Shown: positions 1 to 14,077 of the stretch, piece after piece
Numbering within the stretch: position 1 is the first letter of the stretch
How the letters are laid out: each line of letters starts with the position of its first letter
From: Tubulanus polymorphus
Taxonomy: Eukaryota > Animalia > Nemertea
Assembly (NCBI RefSeq): GCF_964204645.1
Contig: NC_134031.1
Coordinates: 9,424,001 to 9,488,000, forward strand
DNA: 64,000 nt
Reading direction: 5' to 3'
The notes under the pieces: generated by a model
Seen by the model: the letters and a program-made list of their open reading frames with translations, nothing else
What the model was told of the DNA's origin: nothing
The model's database searches: none
Made by a program: the position numbers and the translations under genes

Positions 1-166
1 GGCAATTCATAGAGACGAGCCTAAATTAGTGTCGCAATTGTGTTATATCAGGTTCTATCCGACGTCTGCACTGTTCGTAGCAGCTGTGGAAGTTAAAGAT
101 AACTTGAAACCGGTTCAAGCAATTAACTCATTTCCTGCCAAAACCGTACTGGTACAGTCGTCTTGC

Positions 167-2215
167 TTTTTAGGCCAGCCGTAGGCTGAGCCTATTACTA
201 TACAAATGGAGCGAATTTAAATGACATGGTTTCCACACAAAAGGCTCTTTTGCTTGCCGAGTGAGGGCATATTCGAACAAATCACGTATTTAAGCGTAAT
301 CCATTCTCGGAATCGTAGCGAGCAGAATTTTGAAATAGGGTCTCATAAAAATGTTTTCTGCATTTTTCACGAAAGTTAAATCGGGAAAATTTCAATTTTT
401 ATCAGCCAATCAGGAAGTTGTGTCTTCCCTGTGATTGGTTTATCTGAAAATATCAGCAGCTGTTCACGTGAATTATCGCGATTTCATTACTGGCGCTTTT
501 GCGCATGACGTCATGTATCAACACGCGACAATACTTCCGCGTTCGCTATGTGTTCGCTGATTGGCCCATTTACTGGGAAATTCCACAGAAGCCTAATGTG
601 GTTTGTTACAAGCGCTGTGATTGGCCCGACCCGATTCTGGCATGGCTTTAGCTTAGTGGGTTCGAATCCCTTGACGGGTGAAGATGATGGATCCTATCAA
701 TATCTATTGAAACAAATATACCGGAAGTGTTCCGGTTTGATATTTCGAGGTTTCTTTGAATTTTGGAGTGATATTGAAATCCGGTAAATACGGCAGCGGT
801 AGATTGTGAAAACCCATTGCATGATATTTGTATTACTTAATCAACGAAAAGCGTCGGGGCTGCGCCAGGAGTTTTCGTGATTCAAGTAGCGCAATAGCCT
901 ACTTCTTCGTGTTCGTCCACCTCAATTTTCACTCCGCCGATCTCTGACACGGCTCTGTCCCCGTCGGCGCTGTGATTGCACTTTCGTACCACCAAAATTT
1001 TTATATCTATATCAGGGAGGTCTGGAGAATAAAAAAGTCAAAATTTGGATATCACATAGGCCTGATTTCATCGGTTTAGTCGACCATGGTCGTTACGTTT
1101 CCGTACTTATTACCACCTAAAACCGTCTGAACAATTTTGTCACAACCAACATTTCGTTTACAGAAATCAGGTGTTCACGTGAATCCGCGGTATCGTCTAC
1201 TGTACTGTTTTACTTCCAGGTTTTATTTTAAGATTTAAAATTGTATTTCAAGATCGATTTCTATGAAGTCTTTAGTTGATTTGGTGTTTGGGAGGAATTT
1301 TTATTTGCTCTACAGAAAATTCATCCTTGACAATTGCGCAAGGTTCGCGAAAAAAAGGTTTTACCAAATCGGGTGTATGACCTTGATATGCTAATTAGCC
1401 ATGTGCCCGAATTGCAAATTCAATCAAATTTTATTCTGCCAAAAAATGTTAAATACAATTCGCTTTCCGAGAGTTAATGGTATGCTGCATGGAACAAAGT
1501 TGTTTTGAGATGGGTCTTGAAGCTATTGAGGTCGAGAGATAACCATCTCGATAGTTCGTGAGAGTTCCAAAGTTTTGAAGACGCTTCAAGGTAATGTCTT
1601 GATATTTGTTTTATACGTGTATCTACCCTAGACACATCTTCAGGCCAAAAACTGGCTCAAGATGGCCGTACTGTGACCTTTTTTGTTCCCAAAAATGTCA
1701 ATTTTGGCCTGAATTCTGAGTACTGTAGCTTTCTAATGGTGCGCCATGTTTCATTGCAATTTGTAATGGGTATTCTTTGGAAAGGGATCTTTTATATCCG
1801 AGAGGGTATTTTTTACCAGGCAATTATGACGCACTTGGCAGCCATCTTGAGGTCATCAGTACTCATTCGTTGGTGGAAAAAAAGTTTTTCCACATCATAA
1901 TTGATACTTAAGCATATTTTGCTACTATAATCAATTGGAAAGTTGTAGCTCATGACATGTTCTATGATCGAGGTGAGTTTCAAGCTCATTAGTTTTTTTT
2001 ATGGCCACCAGGGGGCGTTGAACAATACAATAACTTAGTATTTCTATATTACATTCGTTCCTGCTGTCTGTGTTAACACACGATTTTACTATGTAAATGA
2101 TATTGAGCAGGGAGTGTATATTGATAAATATATTGATAAATATAACCCACAGATTACATCATTTATAAAAAGCAAATCTGACAGGCTGGCCATTGTGCCC
2201 CTTGGGGCTCTTGTT
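167..2215 (+). mobile_element. Non-autonomous Helentron-associated element (HINE), family A, copy 1
   Basis: Starts in a T run with subterminal GGCCAGCC; ends with the inverted GGCTGGCC, hairpin GCCCCTTGGGGC and CTTGTT; no TSD; near-identical copy at 43788-46000. Confidence 0.8.
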
Positions 2216-2599
2216 TACTCTAACGATAGATGGCGATTTCATCGCACAACTCCACAGTTAGTTTAATGCCTTTTACTACTAAAACAGATTATCAATGGTC
2301 ATTCTATGCAGTAAGTTAGTGAAATCATCTATTCTAATGGGTGCCGAACACGCTTGAATGGGTATATTTTCTGCAAAATACCCCCTCTCCACTGGTGATT
2401 GTGGCAGATTTTATCACTCTTATCAATAATGCTGCTAATTTTGCATGAAAAAGCAAAGAGATTCTATTCCCGGGGATACCAACAGGATGGTTTTAGTTAA
2501 AGTAGTAACAGAACGGTTTTGATAGGAGGAGGGATGATTTTTGATATTATAGGTGATAATAACAACAATAATAACATTTCTATGAAGAGACGTAATGAG

Positions 2600-3700
2600 T
2601 ACTCACTTTCTATGATTTGTATGTATGGAATATCTGCGTATTTCACTTCAGTGTATAAATATAGTTGTTTAGAGTATTCTTATAAATTGGATTATATTGT
2701 ATTCCTCTAGGCGTGCATTTTGGCAGTATCAGAGCTCTTGCGGTGGTGATGTGTTTTGAGAGGCTGGGTGGGGATGACCCGTTTGAGCCTTCATCTTATG
2801 TGCTAGTAACCTCTGATGCGACTCTGATGTATGCTGCTTCTTTAGATTAAATTTATGTACATACATGTGGAATTATGTTGATATTTAAGAATGTAAGTGA
2901 GTGATAAAGAAATGTTTTAAAGTAAAAGAGAAATGGATTAGTAATGTTGAAAATTAATGACTTGTATCAGATATTTGATCAATAGTGTTTCTTATAATTA
3001 TGTACGGTAATTGGTATTTACAATATGTAATGATGAGAGGCGCAGTGGCCAAGTGGTTTAAGCGGCCGATCACTGGTCTCGTCAATCCAGGGTTTTTGGA
3101 TCAAACCCTGGTGGCGACAGAGTTTCTTGGTCGAAGGTTCTTCTTTGGTCTCTCCCCATTGGGAAAAGGAAAAATCGAACCCGCTCATAATGCCCTGCGT
3201 GGGGCTTAGCGGTTGAGTGTGTTAAAAAAACAAATTAATGATGTATGTGTAATGATGTTATTCTTGATGTATTTAATGTCTCGGTAGTGTTATCGTAGTG
3301 TTATACACGCGCTATGCTGTTTTCACCTATCTTTGAAAAATGTTTATTGTATTATTATTGGTTGTGGATTTTAATCTTAGATGGACATTGTGCATTTTAA
3401 ACGCACTGTATATCATACAAGAAAAATGATTACTTAACCTTTTGTTCTATTGTCTTGGTCGGCTTTTATCCATGGCGTGTACTGTATCTGCCATTGTGCA
3501 TTGGTATGATGCTCTACTACTTTTAATGGCCGTTAACCAAGATTTATTACTCTGTATCGACACATCCATTATTATCCGAGGTTAATGTCTTCTAGGAATG
3601 CTGTTGTTGTATTAATGAAAGAAAATTTTCCTGTCTGATATCATTGATGGACCTTATGTTGCACTTAAAATTCTAATAAACACGGATTTGTAATTTTCCT
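2600..3700 (-). mobile_element. Possible highly decayed LINE fragments flanking a SINE
   Basis: Minus strand is A-rich with short LINE-like peptide remnants (TPWI; LILPKC); no continuous ORF. Confidence 0.3.
3039..3234 (+). mobile_element. tRNA-derived SINE
   Basis: A box TGGCCAAGTGG, B-box-like GGATCAAACCC, non-tRNA body, tail GTGTTAAAAAAACAAA. Confidence 0.75.
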
Positions 3701-4404
3701 AGTTTTGAGACTCTGGGGAAGGGCGGTATATGTGACAACAGTATTATTGAGTTTCAACGGCAATTAGCAATTCATAGACAGTGCTGCCATCTTCAAACAT
3801 TCTCGCAAACTATTCTAATTTCATTATGGAAACTTTCTTTCGAGATGAAACTTTCAAACTTAGGCTATAATAATTCCAGCTTTGAATATCATGTAACTTT
3901 TTGTACTGAGATTGAACCTCAGGAAATTACAGCTAATGTCACGTCGCTTCTCGAAGATATTGGTTTTCGAGAGCATTAACTGCTGATGACCACCATTAGT
4001 CAATCTTGATCACATTTTTATGGGAAACCATCATGTGTAACGTCCTTCCGTGATAATTTCAGTTGCCTAATAGCATTTTTACGAGCAACGCTGTTGCGCT
4101 AACGACAATCTAGCGGGTTTTGGGTATGTCGTTCTTGATGAAATTGGTATTTGACTACATATATTTGGTATTTTTGATGTCGGCCAGATGTTGAGATCAT
4201 TTTAACGAATAAAGTTATCTAACAGACAGGAACTCTGTGTGTTGCGACTTGTTTTTTGGACGTATTGTTTTATTATCTATCACTCAAGTAGAATTCAAAG
4301 ATCCCGTTTGTAACATTTGGATCATATTAGTACAACATAGAATTCTTCTTCAACTATATTTAGATCACAAAAATAACAAAAATGACTATGATTTATCATT
4401 TCAG

Positions 4405-4528
4405 AAACCTTTCGTGAAATTGAGCAAACTGAAGCCAATGTAAGAGGAACTCTTAGCCAAGTTCAGAATGCTAGTATTACACCCTCTCTTAGAGAAAAGG
4501 TTGATGCAAGTCTAAAACTGCTAAACAA
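4405..4528 (+). CDS. MED24: MED24 internal exon (first in window)
   Basis: tttcag|AA...AA|gtaaag; TFREIEQTEANVRGTLSQVQNASITPSLREKVDASLKLLN aligns weakly to human MED24 SWTAIEHSLLKLGEILANLSNPQLRSQ; phase-2 end matches the next exon. Confidence 0.8.
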
Positions 4529-5412
4529 GTAAAGTTCCTTTCATGTTATTCATTCCTGCAGTGCACTGATACATGTGATAAGGGTAAACAATCTACCGGA
4601 ATGTGAAAAATTTTCAAAAAATTCTTGTGCATCTGATGAACAACCATAACACGGTCTATTAGGCTTATTTGCGTGTTCTCAGATGAACGACGTAGACACA
4701 GTTTGCTCCACGCATTTCAGATACTTGTAGTCATTGTTTACACTATCAATATAAGCAAAATTTTCCACCATTAGAACCTTTGTAGGACTTATGGAGGGCA
4801 TGGCATTTTAACGACCACGGTGCTAGTGACGGAGGTGACGGGACGCATTTTTTTTTCAGATCATGAACTTTCGATCAGAGAATACCTTGTATAAAAACAA
4901 GCAACTTTCTAACAAAATTTTGTATTTTGTCCTGATACTCCTAGACCTTCGCTACGTCAACAGTTGGCACAGAGTTTTTACATTCGCTAAAATGTATACC
5001 GGTATTGAACTGGTCCAGTGCCTTGTTATCCTTGGCTTTAATAGAGGAGCACCTCAGCACACATATTTGCAATTACTTCCATGTTCCCATAATGATTGGT
5101 TTGCAGAGCTGAAGTTCAGCACCGCAAAACAATACTTCTAAACAAGAGCAGATATTAGAATGAAAAGGAAACTGCATATCTTAAGTGGCCTCAGTTCTGC
5201 ACACCATATTTCTAGATTTCTATGTTTTGTTGGTTTCATCATTTGCCGTTGATGCAGTACATTTTAGCCCACTTAGGACTTAAGTCCTGGCGGTTTTTTG
5301 CATTCACTTTTCATCCATTGTCCATCCGTCAGTAGGTGGAATCCAGTTATTTTGGGAAGTTTTAAAGACGCTTCAATGGATTGTCTTTATTGGTTTACCT
5401 TTGTCAGCAGTA

Positions 5413-5538
5413 AAAGGGTATTCTGTTAATAAAAAAAGATTTGTTAGAAAATAGTCGGGACTATAAAAGGATATTTATAGCTAAAAATAAAGGGTATTCT
5501 GTTAATAAAAAAAGATTTGTTAGAAAATAGTCGGGACT
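5413..5538. repeat. Local direct duplication of a 50-bp segment (period 76)
   Basis: AAAGGGTATTCTGTTAATAAAAAAAGATTTGTTAGAAAATAGTCGGGACT at 5413 and 5489. Confidence 0.9.
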
Positions 5539-8103
5539 CTTTTGACGAAAAAAACCTTTGTATCAATAAGCAGCTGATTTTTAAACGATTCTAATTCGCA
5601 TTAAAAACACCATACATGTCAACCAATATTGTGTAGTATATAGTTGAATTCGAACACTCCGTTTAGCCGTGGCTGACATGCTACAATCCTGCCTATGCGT
5701 TAAGATGAGACTGTTACGTAGTAGGGAAGCTGCAATCCGGGCCCTCTCTCATACGGCGTGGTGTAAGCTGCTTCGCCGATAGAATGATACAACGAGGGAA
5801 TATTGACCGTTGCTTCTGTCCGGCGATAAGATACCGCTCACACGTACATATTGTTCCTGTCGAGCTGGTGCACTGTAGTGTAAAAACAGATAGACAATTC
5901 ATTAAAAAGCCAAACTTGATAAACCCGACCACACAGAAAGAATCTGTTTAGTTGTGAAATGTTATAAACTTTATCAGTTCATTTCTAAATTGCCGGGTCT
6001 GATATATTAAAATATCATTGATCATGGCTTTAAAAAAAAGTATTGTTGTACAAGGTAGATATGTGGCTGGCTGTGTCAACTATTAAGTTCAGCAATGAGT
6101 TGAGAGACACGGTTTCAATTTTTCAGCGTTAGGTCTTGGCTTTGAATCCTGAAAATCCGGACAGAGTTTGTATGGAACTTAGAATACTTTCTCATCTCCC
6201 AAACAGCTAGATTTGATTTCAGCTTCAGCAACAAAAATATGAATACGACATCTGAGATGCTTTTGATTTAACGAAACCTTATAATTTATTAGGAGGCTTA
6301 TAATTTGTAATGATTATATGTATTTCATTTCAAAATCTATTAGGCCTTATTAAAATGGGTTACGTATTTAACTTCTCTTCCTTGTATAAACAACTGTTCG
6401 TCATTTAAAATCTAATTACCTTATACTTTCATACCATGCATTTCCTTCTATGTCAAGTATAAGCTGATAGAGCACCTTACTAAACCAATGTATGGTCTAG
6501 TATAGTGGATATGATTAACTCCTTCAATTCATTAACTTCTACGCTGAATCTAATAGTGCCCATGGGCACCTTGTTGAAGAAAATATGGACATGTTATAAC
6601 TTAAAAGATTTGATATTTGACAAATAGTATCACTGTCACAGTAAGTATTCATTTCCTTACGTGGAATTGGGGTTACCTAGGGTTTTGTTCTCCCCACCAG
6701 GGGGAGTTGAATATTAGAATATAGCCTCAAAGTTAATCTAATTTGTCCATAACATATGACCATTTCCAAGAAGCACGCAACCTGGGTCGACATTGTGCTG
6801 GATATGTGGATGCATAGGGCTACCACATATAAATTACTGATGTACTAAGTCTAGTCAAAATGACTTAACCGAATATATAGTGGTTTCAAAGTCCCCTGGT
6901 GGCAATTGCGTAAACTTGTATGTCACAGGCACTTGATTATGGGCTTTGACCTTGTTGGTGTGTTAAAAATGATAAAATTTATCGTAATATACAATAAAAA
7001 CAGTAGGTTGTGCTCCTTCTAAATAGCCGTGTGTGTTATTAACTGATGAGAATGATTTTGATGAAATCTTGGTACATTTCCCAGTGCGACATTTAAACCA
7101 GTAACGCAGAAACCCGTTATTGCTGCTTTGCAACGATATTTTAAGTTTTGAAATTGTATTTCAAGATCGATTTTTGTGAAATATTTAGTTTGTTTGGTTT
7201 TTGGAGGAATTTTTATTTGCACTACAGAAAATTCATCCTTGACAATTGCGCAAGGTGCGGAAAAATAGCTTTATCTCAAATTGGGCAGATGATCTTGATA
7301 TTCGAATGTGCCATGTGCGAATATTGCGAATTCAATAAAAGTTTAATCTGAAAAAGCATCCAATTCAATAACATTTTATTGAACATAATAATATAAAATC
7401 CAATTCATTTTTATTCTGCATTCAAGACGAAGGACAAAAATTGATCTATTCTGCCATCTTCCCGTTGTGCTAATTATAAAAACATGATTGTACTCTGTAA
7501 ATTATATTGAGCGGGTAGTGTATTTTGACGAATATTACCCACAGATTGTATCTAGCCAGTGGACCATTGGTCCTTTATCATTATTGAAGCTCGTCAGAGA
7601 CACACGTACATTTTGGCCTTGTCACTAAAGAAATGTGACACTTTGTTTAAAGATGTGTTTCCTAAGAAAACTCAAACACATGCAAAAATGCTAGCGGGAA
7701 AACAAATTCTCTGGCCTGGGGAAGTGTTAATCAATGAGTGGAGAATAAATAGCAAGGAAAATTCAACGAGAAACCTTTGTTTCTTTCTTAAATTTAGTCA
7801 GTCTAAGACTAAACCAGTGACAGTTGAAGATCTTGAACACAGGTAGCACAGTTCACGGCGGGCCTTCCTGGCAACCTGGATCATATTCCACATAACAATC
7901 ATATTATGATTCAGGGAGTTTACTCATTGAAAATGCACTCAAAAGTTAAATCAAAAGTTTTCTCTAACTTATAACTCATTACTTGGAAAGGGTTGGGCCA
8001 CACTGCTTATAATATGCTTCTAAATCGACCTATCCATTTTGTTAATGAAAACGTGGAATCTTTTGGTTAGTCAAAATTTTGATGATTCTGTTTTTGCTCA
8101 TAG

Positions 8104-8263
8104 AATTTCAGAGGTTTCTATCAATGGAACCAGTGTCTTGAACATGTCAAATAAAATTGGAAATCCAAGTGTTGCTGTTCTCATTCCTCAAGAAGCAGTT
8201 TTAAATCCGACTGGAGATATTCAACTATTTGTTGATCAGTTATTGCTGATTGAAAAATTGCAG
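8104..8263 (+). CDS. MED24: MED24 internal exon
   Basis: catag|A...CAG|gtaaat; GNPSVAVLIPQEAVLNPTGDIQLFVDQLLLIEKLQ matches MED24 GFPTVHAVILLEGTMNLTGETQSLVEQLTMVKRMQ. Confidence 0.93.
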
Positions 8264-8387
8264 GTAAATGAGCTCTCATAGTGTTCCTTTTCGTTAAAAC
8301 TCCTATTTTTATTTCACGATATGATGTGTTCTATTGATGTATACTCTGATCTTAAACCATTTTGTTAAAAAATGCTTAAGACTTAAG

Positions 8388-8452
8388 CATGTTACAAAAT
8401 CAAAAGTTGGCCAGACACTTAGTGTCTTGCCAACTTTTGATTTTGTAACATG
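8388..8452. repeat. Near-perfect 65-bp palindrome
   Basis: 32-bp arms with 1 mismatch and a 1-nt spacer. Confidence 0.95.
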
Positions 8453-9297
8453 ATTTTTGACCTTATTAGGGTTTCTGCTGCTCAAGCAGAAACCCACTTG
8501 TAATTCTGTTGATTATTATTGTTATTATTGTAAATTTTCCACTTTCCAGCCAAAATTTTTTCATAAAATGTAACTCCTCTCAGAATCGACCACTAACAGC
8601 TTATATACGTAATTTTCATTTCTGTCAGAAATATAACTCAGCACCTGACTATTTCAAATTTGCGTATAGTAATTTATTAGCATTGGTTGACGTCTATGAC
8701 GTCATGCCAATGCTAGTAAAATGGATCGAAAATAGTGGTACGAAAAAATAGCTCTGACTCTTCTCATTTTCATAGTAACTTCAAATTGTCACTCCGTTCA
8801 TGTAAAACATTAGAAACAGCTGAAAATTACTAAAAAAAATGTGTCAATTATTCCCCACAACATAGCGTCGCCAAATTTCTGATTTAATGGACCAAAAAGT
8901 TATTCGATCGCATTTTTCTCGTTCATTATCTGGTAGATGAGATCGGGTAAAACAATCGCGTAGCGATATGTCCGCATTGACATTGTCAGTAAAGAATGGG
9001 GAACAGACTCTTCTGAAAAGAAAAACATAAAATTATGTACCTCCGGTTTATAAATATCACAGTGTTTGGATATCACTGTTATTCCAACTATCAGTATCCA
9101 TGGGATTATTTGGGATTAATTCTCAGCGTCAGAATACGTATTTCTAGAGCAGTGGAACGGCAGCCTACTCGTGACTGAAACCCGTATGTGATCGTGCGGG
9201 AACGCCTTTACTAAAGTTAAAACCATTTCATGATGACACGAAACGGTAAACGGTAGGCTACCACCATGATACGATTTCACCAATAAAGATAGATCAT

Positions 9298-9788
9298 TGT
9301 AAGGGGTAGACTAAGACTGAGGCACTCGTCGACATATACCTCTACGACAAAATCACCACAACGCCGCTATATCGTTCTGAGTTGAATTTATTTCGGTATA
9401 AGGAAGCGATCAGATAAGATTAACTACCAAAAAAAACGATACACATATAACATACATTAGAAACTTTCATGTGCTACAGGTACCGACCGGTGCTGCCCCC
9501 CCATGTGCCACTTAGACTAGGAGGCTAATATTAAGTCACACTAAGTATAAAACCGATACGCTAATTTTAATAACATTAAACCAACACGCCCATAGAGAGG
9601 GCTAATAGTAGCAACTACGAAGAACAACCAACTCACCGAAAACGTTGCGGCAACAACAAAACTAAACTAAGGAACCCACACGGGTAAGAAACGCGACACG
9701 CGCCGAAAACACTAAACTCAGATTGCACAATGCGGACGGTGAGCCGGACACCCGTCAGAGCAGTAAAAAAAGGAAACGGACTGCAACA
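9298..9788 (-). mobile_element. Solo LTR (BEL/Pao or Gypsy)
   Basis: TGT...ACA termini, flanked by 5-bp direct repeat ATCAT (9293-9297, 9789-9793); minus-strand AATAAA at 9392-9387. Confidence 0.7.
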
Positions 9789-10079
9789 ATCATTTTATTC
9801 AATTTTACCAGAGTTGTTTATTGGAGGAAAATATCATTGTTAAGTACGCCGAGAACAACCATGTTGTATCATCAATCAGTTGACCGACATTGCAAAAGGC
9901 GGTAGCACCCTCTTACGCACTCGGCAGAGATTCGCTTTGTAATGTGCGCCGGAAAAAAAATACCTTTTATTATCCTTTCCATGCGTTAAAAAATAGTGAT
10001 TGAATTTACGTGTTGTTTGTCGTAAATTGCAATATTGCGATGGTTATTTGCCGCTGCTGTAGTTTTTTGGAATTGAATC

Positions 10080-10298
10080 GAGCGGCCTCGGTAGAGATAA
10101 GGCGTGATGCTGTTGAATCCACTATTAATGCTGAGTGACAAGTGGGTTCGAGTCCTGCTGGCTGCGAACAGTGTGTGGGCAACACTTCAAAGGCCGTACC
10201 GTCGTGAGGTTAAATGAACAATCCAATAGGAATAGTCTTGGGAAACCAAGATCCAAACGACGTACGTAAAGCCAAACAAACAAAAAGACAAACAAACA
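10080..10298 (+). mobile_element. tRNA-derived SINE with (CAAA)n tail
   Basis: B box GGTTCGAGTCC; 3' end GACGTACGTAAAGCCAAACAAACAAA. Confidence 0.7.
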
Positions 10299-11063
10299 AT
10301 CATCAGCCGGCCTCAGCGACACCAACGCCGGCATCGCTCTCTGCGACGTTTTGCATGTGTACATGCATCAGAGCTTGGAGCTCTGAGATCTGAGGGTCTT
10401 GCAATTGCATTCAGAAAAATCGTTCTGGTTTTGTTTTCATTATTCAGTGGGGCCTAACAGTTCATGCGTAAAAATGGGTTTTTGTATCCAAATCTTGATT
10501 GATATAAATATCTTGGCTGGGACATGATGGAAAACATCAGAATAAACTAGTTTCGTCTTTTTATCAGAATCGCATTAATGAGGTTTAACAGTACAAATAG
10601 CCTAGGCTAAATCGTTCGGCAGAAAATAAATTCATTTTCAGGAATAAAATCGTACTAGACAAATAGACCTTTAAAAGTCTGTGATCCTCCCAATCAATAT
10701 CGTCATAGAAGATTTGCCGGCAGATGGAAAACATTATAACCACTTAATACCACAGTATAATCTACCAATGCTTCAAGGCCCTTGGGCCTCTTGTTATGAA
10801 TCAATTCTGTGTAATTACCGGGTCTAAACAGCGACAAGAATAACGCAAAGCATTGTCATCCATTGATAAAAGTACATCCTGAAAAGCCTACAAATTACCG
10901 GACGACCACGAGCGTCAAACTCAACCGTAAATCGTGGATTCAGACTTCCAATTAGTCCGGATCCGTCTTTTACCGCGAACAATATACAGCCAACATGGTG
11001 GATGGTTGAAATCATTTTCAGCTTAAATTTATCGCAAATTTATGGCGAGTTTTAGGACTTTAA

Positions 11064-11355
11064 CCCTTTCAGTGCTGACTAATCAATACCCTATAGTGCT
11101 GGAGATACTTTGGAAAATTTTTAAAAATTCCACCCTGGTATGTTGAATAACGGAATTACCACTATAGTGCGTATACACCGCAGCGCGGTGGTATATCGTT
11201 ATTTACTAATATTTCACTATGTTTGACAGGTGCTGCCATCTTTCAATAGAGATAAAAACGAATTACTAATTACATCAATACACCGCAGTGCGGTGTACTA
11301 GCAAAATCCATCACGGATTCATACACTGCACTGCGGTGTAGATGCACTGAAAGGG
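11064..11355. mobile_element. piggyBac-type MITE
   Basis: TTAA on both sides; TIR CCCTTTCAGTGC; three internal TACACCGCAG(C/T)GCGGTG-like palindromes; inverted truncated copy at 17878-18117. Confidence 0.9.
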
Positions 11356-11369
11356 TTAATGAACTATGA

Positions 11370-12370
11370 TCCCTAAAATGAGTCAATTGATTAATTCTAT
11401 TAGTAAATCAATTTACGTTGGCTACATTTCCTGAAGATTTCTGGCTCAAATCAACGTAATATGGACAGAAATGGTAGGGATTTTCATATGGAATTTTACT
11501 TCCGCGTTCACTTGATGACTCGGATCGATGACAACGACAGCAGAGTTTATGTAATTTAAGGTGAGAATCCACTAACCAGGGAATGTTAGACATGATTTCT
11601 TGGTCTAACTGCAGTTAAGGTTACCTTTCTACTGGGTGCTATGATATGAGTACATATGGTAGCAAATGAGTACTCGGCAAAGCAATGATCATTGTTGGCT
11701 ACCTACTTGCCTAATGCCTGGCTTTTTGGGGGATACGCCAAGAATAGATTTAGGCCTTAATGTTGTGTGTAGAGCCAGTGGAAAGCCTTAGTAGTTAGTA
11801 AGGGACTGGTTTACACTTATGTATACGACTATTTATTTCGATTACTTTCTTTTCAGCTATTAATCGTGGAATGAACTGGTCACCACGGTCTTCAATTCCT
11901 TTGCCGATTCTTGCAGCTGGTGGGAATATATTTAAACCACAGGTTGCAAGTGGACGTTTCAAATTAAGCGTCTCAGATGCTGTAAGTACTTGACATTTTG
12001 TGTAATTGTTTTTTTCTAATATCATGTTTAGAATATTTGGATTAGTAATCAGTCGTGCTAGTGTACATGCAGAATTGGATTCATTGTTATTATGGGATGA
12101 TAATTCACGGGCATCAAGAGTCCTACAATATACCCTTGATATGAAGCTTTTAAAAGTTTATCAGAGACTTGTTTTGGAGTAAACGGAACAGCCCTTAAAC
12201 AACCAATTCCACATGGCTTAACGGTCGGTGTCTATGCTCTGCGAGACAGTAGTAATAGATGTTTCACGACGAACGCACAATTTAAATTGGTCTCCTAAGA
12301 TATCTATTATACTTTCTTTCACTCCTCTATTATATTATATAACTGAGTAATTCTTACATAAGATTGCTTA
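11370..12370 (-). mobile_element. Possible decayed LINE 3' fragment
   Basis: LCCRC...ENPYHFCPYYVDL resembles the C-terminal CCHC knuckle of LINE ORF2; interrupted frames upstream. Confidence 0.35.
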
Positions 12371-12989
12371 ATTACAGGTGGAAAGAGGTCAGATGGCATG
12401 AAAATCGACTGTGGCTGACTAATTTACGCCCGCAGATAAAGCGTTGAGGTTTTTAAATGATGTCGCCAAAATGATTGTATCATCAGGGGTTTACAAATTA
12501 TCGAAAGATAAATGAAAACTCCACCTTGTTGATCGTCAGTTGATTTTGCCGTAATTAATTTGTCTGGATAAATCGACACATAATTCATTTCAAAATCTGT
12601 GTTCAGTAGAATTTCTTTCAATGAAATAAGAATCTAAACATTAAACGCATAAAAGTTATGGCTAATACACTATCACAGGTGAACAATACAATCATCATTC
12701 ATGTATTCATAGATCAATTCCATCTTCATCAACAGGTTTCGGTTTAGGTTCGGAGTTCTGTGTCGATTTCAAAAATCTATTGATACATTGATTTATGACA
12801 TGAATGGGAAACACATTTCTGAATCTCTAGATCTGTTCTTATTTGAGGTGCGAAGCTTCTTTAGGGGGGTTTAGGGGGCCTCCCCAAGATAATTTTGAAA
12901 ATAGAAATGCATGTTTGGCCAAATTTCAGTAAATATTTCGTATAAAAATGTCACTGAAAAAATGTCTGGCAATGGAGACTGGCAAATTA

Positions 12990-14077
12990 TTTTGACGCCT
13001 TATAAAACGTTACCATTATGAAACCTAAACAATGTTAACCTTTTAGCGTCATTTTACAAACGACAACCGTTAATCGATGTGCAAAACGTCACAGGTCTAT
13101 GTGTACACATACAAGCTATTTGGCAAAATATTATTGAAAAAGATGTAGTATGGCTTCCTGTGATTATATACTGAGCTCTTTTTGAACGTCCAAATGTTAT
13201 ATTGCATTGGATATCATTAGAAGACATTTTGTAATAGTAAAGGATGTATGATTATATCAGAAGCAGCAGGCATAACTAGATATGTTATATAAATCGGATT
13301 ATTCGGTCAAAATGGCGGATGTATACACGATTTGGAAGTCTGATGTAAAAGTAAGACCCTGACATGGGGATGCTGGTGGAATGACGAAGCTATCTACGAT
13401 CTCTGTAGGGTCGGTGTGAATTTCATCGGCGGCTACAAGCGGTCAATATAAAAATGTGTAAACATATGATTTCAATATTCAAATGTTTTAGAAAATATGT
13501 TCGATATTAGGGGTATGCAGGTTTCATGAGATTAGCAATTTATAATAGCTAATCTCATGATGGCATGTGTATTAGGTGACAATTCAATTCAAATCTATAT
13601 TGATCCTTATTACATATAAAATTCCCAAATTCAATAAAGTTACAAATTTTAAAATAAGAAAATACAACATACAAGACACACGTGTAATTCAACCCAGATT
13701 CAAGAGGATATCGAGTTACAGCCAAACCGACGGGACCGGGCCGGCTGGCTGGGCCACACGATATGCTCCAAAGTCATGATGAAGCAGACATCAGAAGAGC
13801 TCTTTCCTCAACTATTGAGGCGATGAAGTTGCAGACCAGCTTACAGGCAAAGTGAATGAAGTCGGTCGCAAGTTATCAAATATTGACAATGTTCAATAAA
13901 AAACTTAACAGTACTATACAGTCGAAGACCTGTATCACCTACCAAATTTGCCAAATCTCATAATTCCCGAAATTTCTTAAAACTTCGATTTCAAATTTGC
14001 AATTCCACATTAGCTTATCCCAACAACTACATTTTTTTGCAGGCGTCAAATATTTCATCAAAATTGATTTTCTTGTT
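12990..14077 (+). mobile_element. HINE family D, copy 1
   Basis: Subterminal inverted repeats TTTGACGCCT / AGGCGTCAAA, ends CTTGTT; internally deleted copy at 57134-57890. Confidence 0.75.

Noticed and set aside
548-1900. ORFs repeated at 44067-45706
   Set aside because: Chance ORFs inside duplicated HINE copies with frame-breaking differences.
2288-2310. Possible extra upstream MED24 exon (aaacag...gtaagt)
   Set aside because: Too short, with no similarity to the expected ALLHIAKLEE segment.
3039-3115. tRNA gene (likewise 10080-10160 and 31136-31070)
   Set aside because: A/B boxes are present but there is no consistent cloverleaf; each continues into a SINE body and tail.
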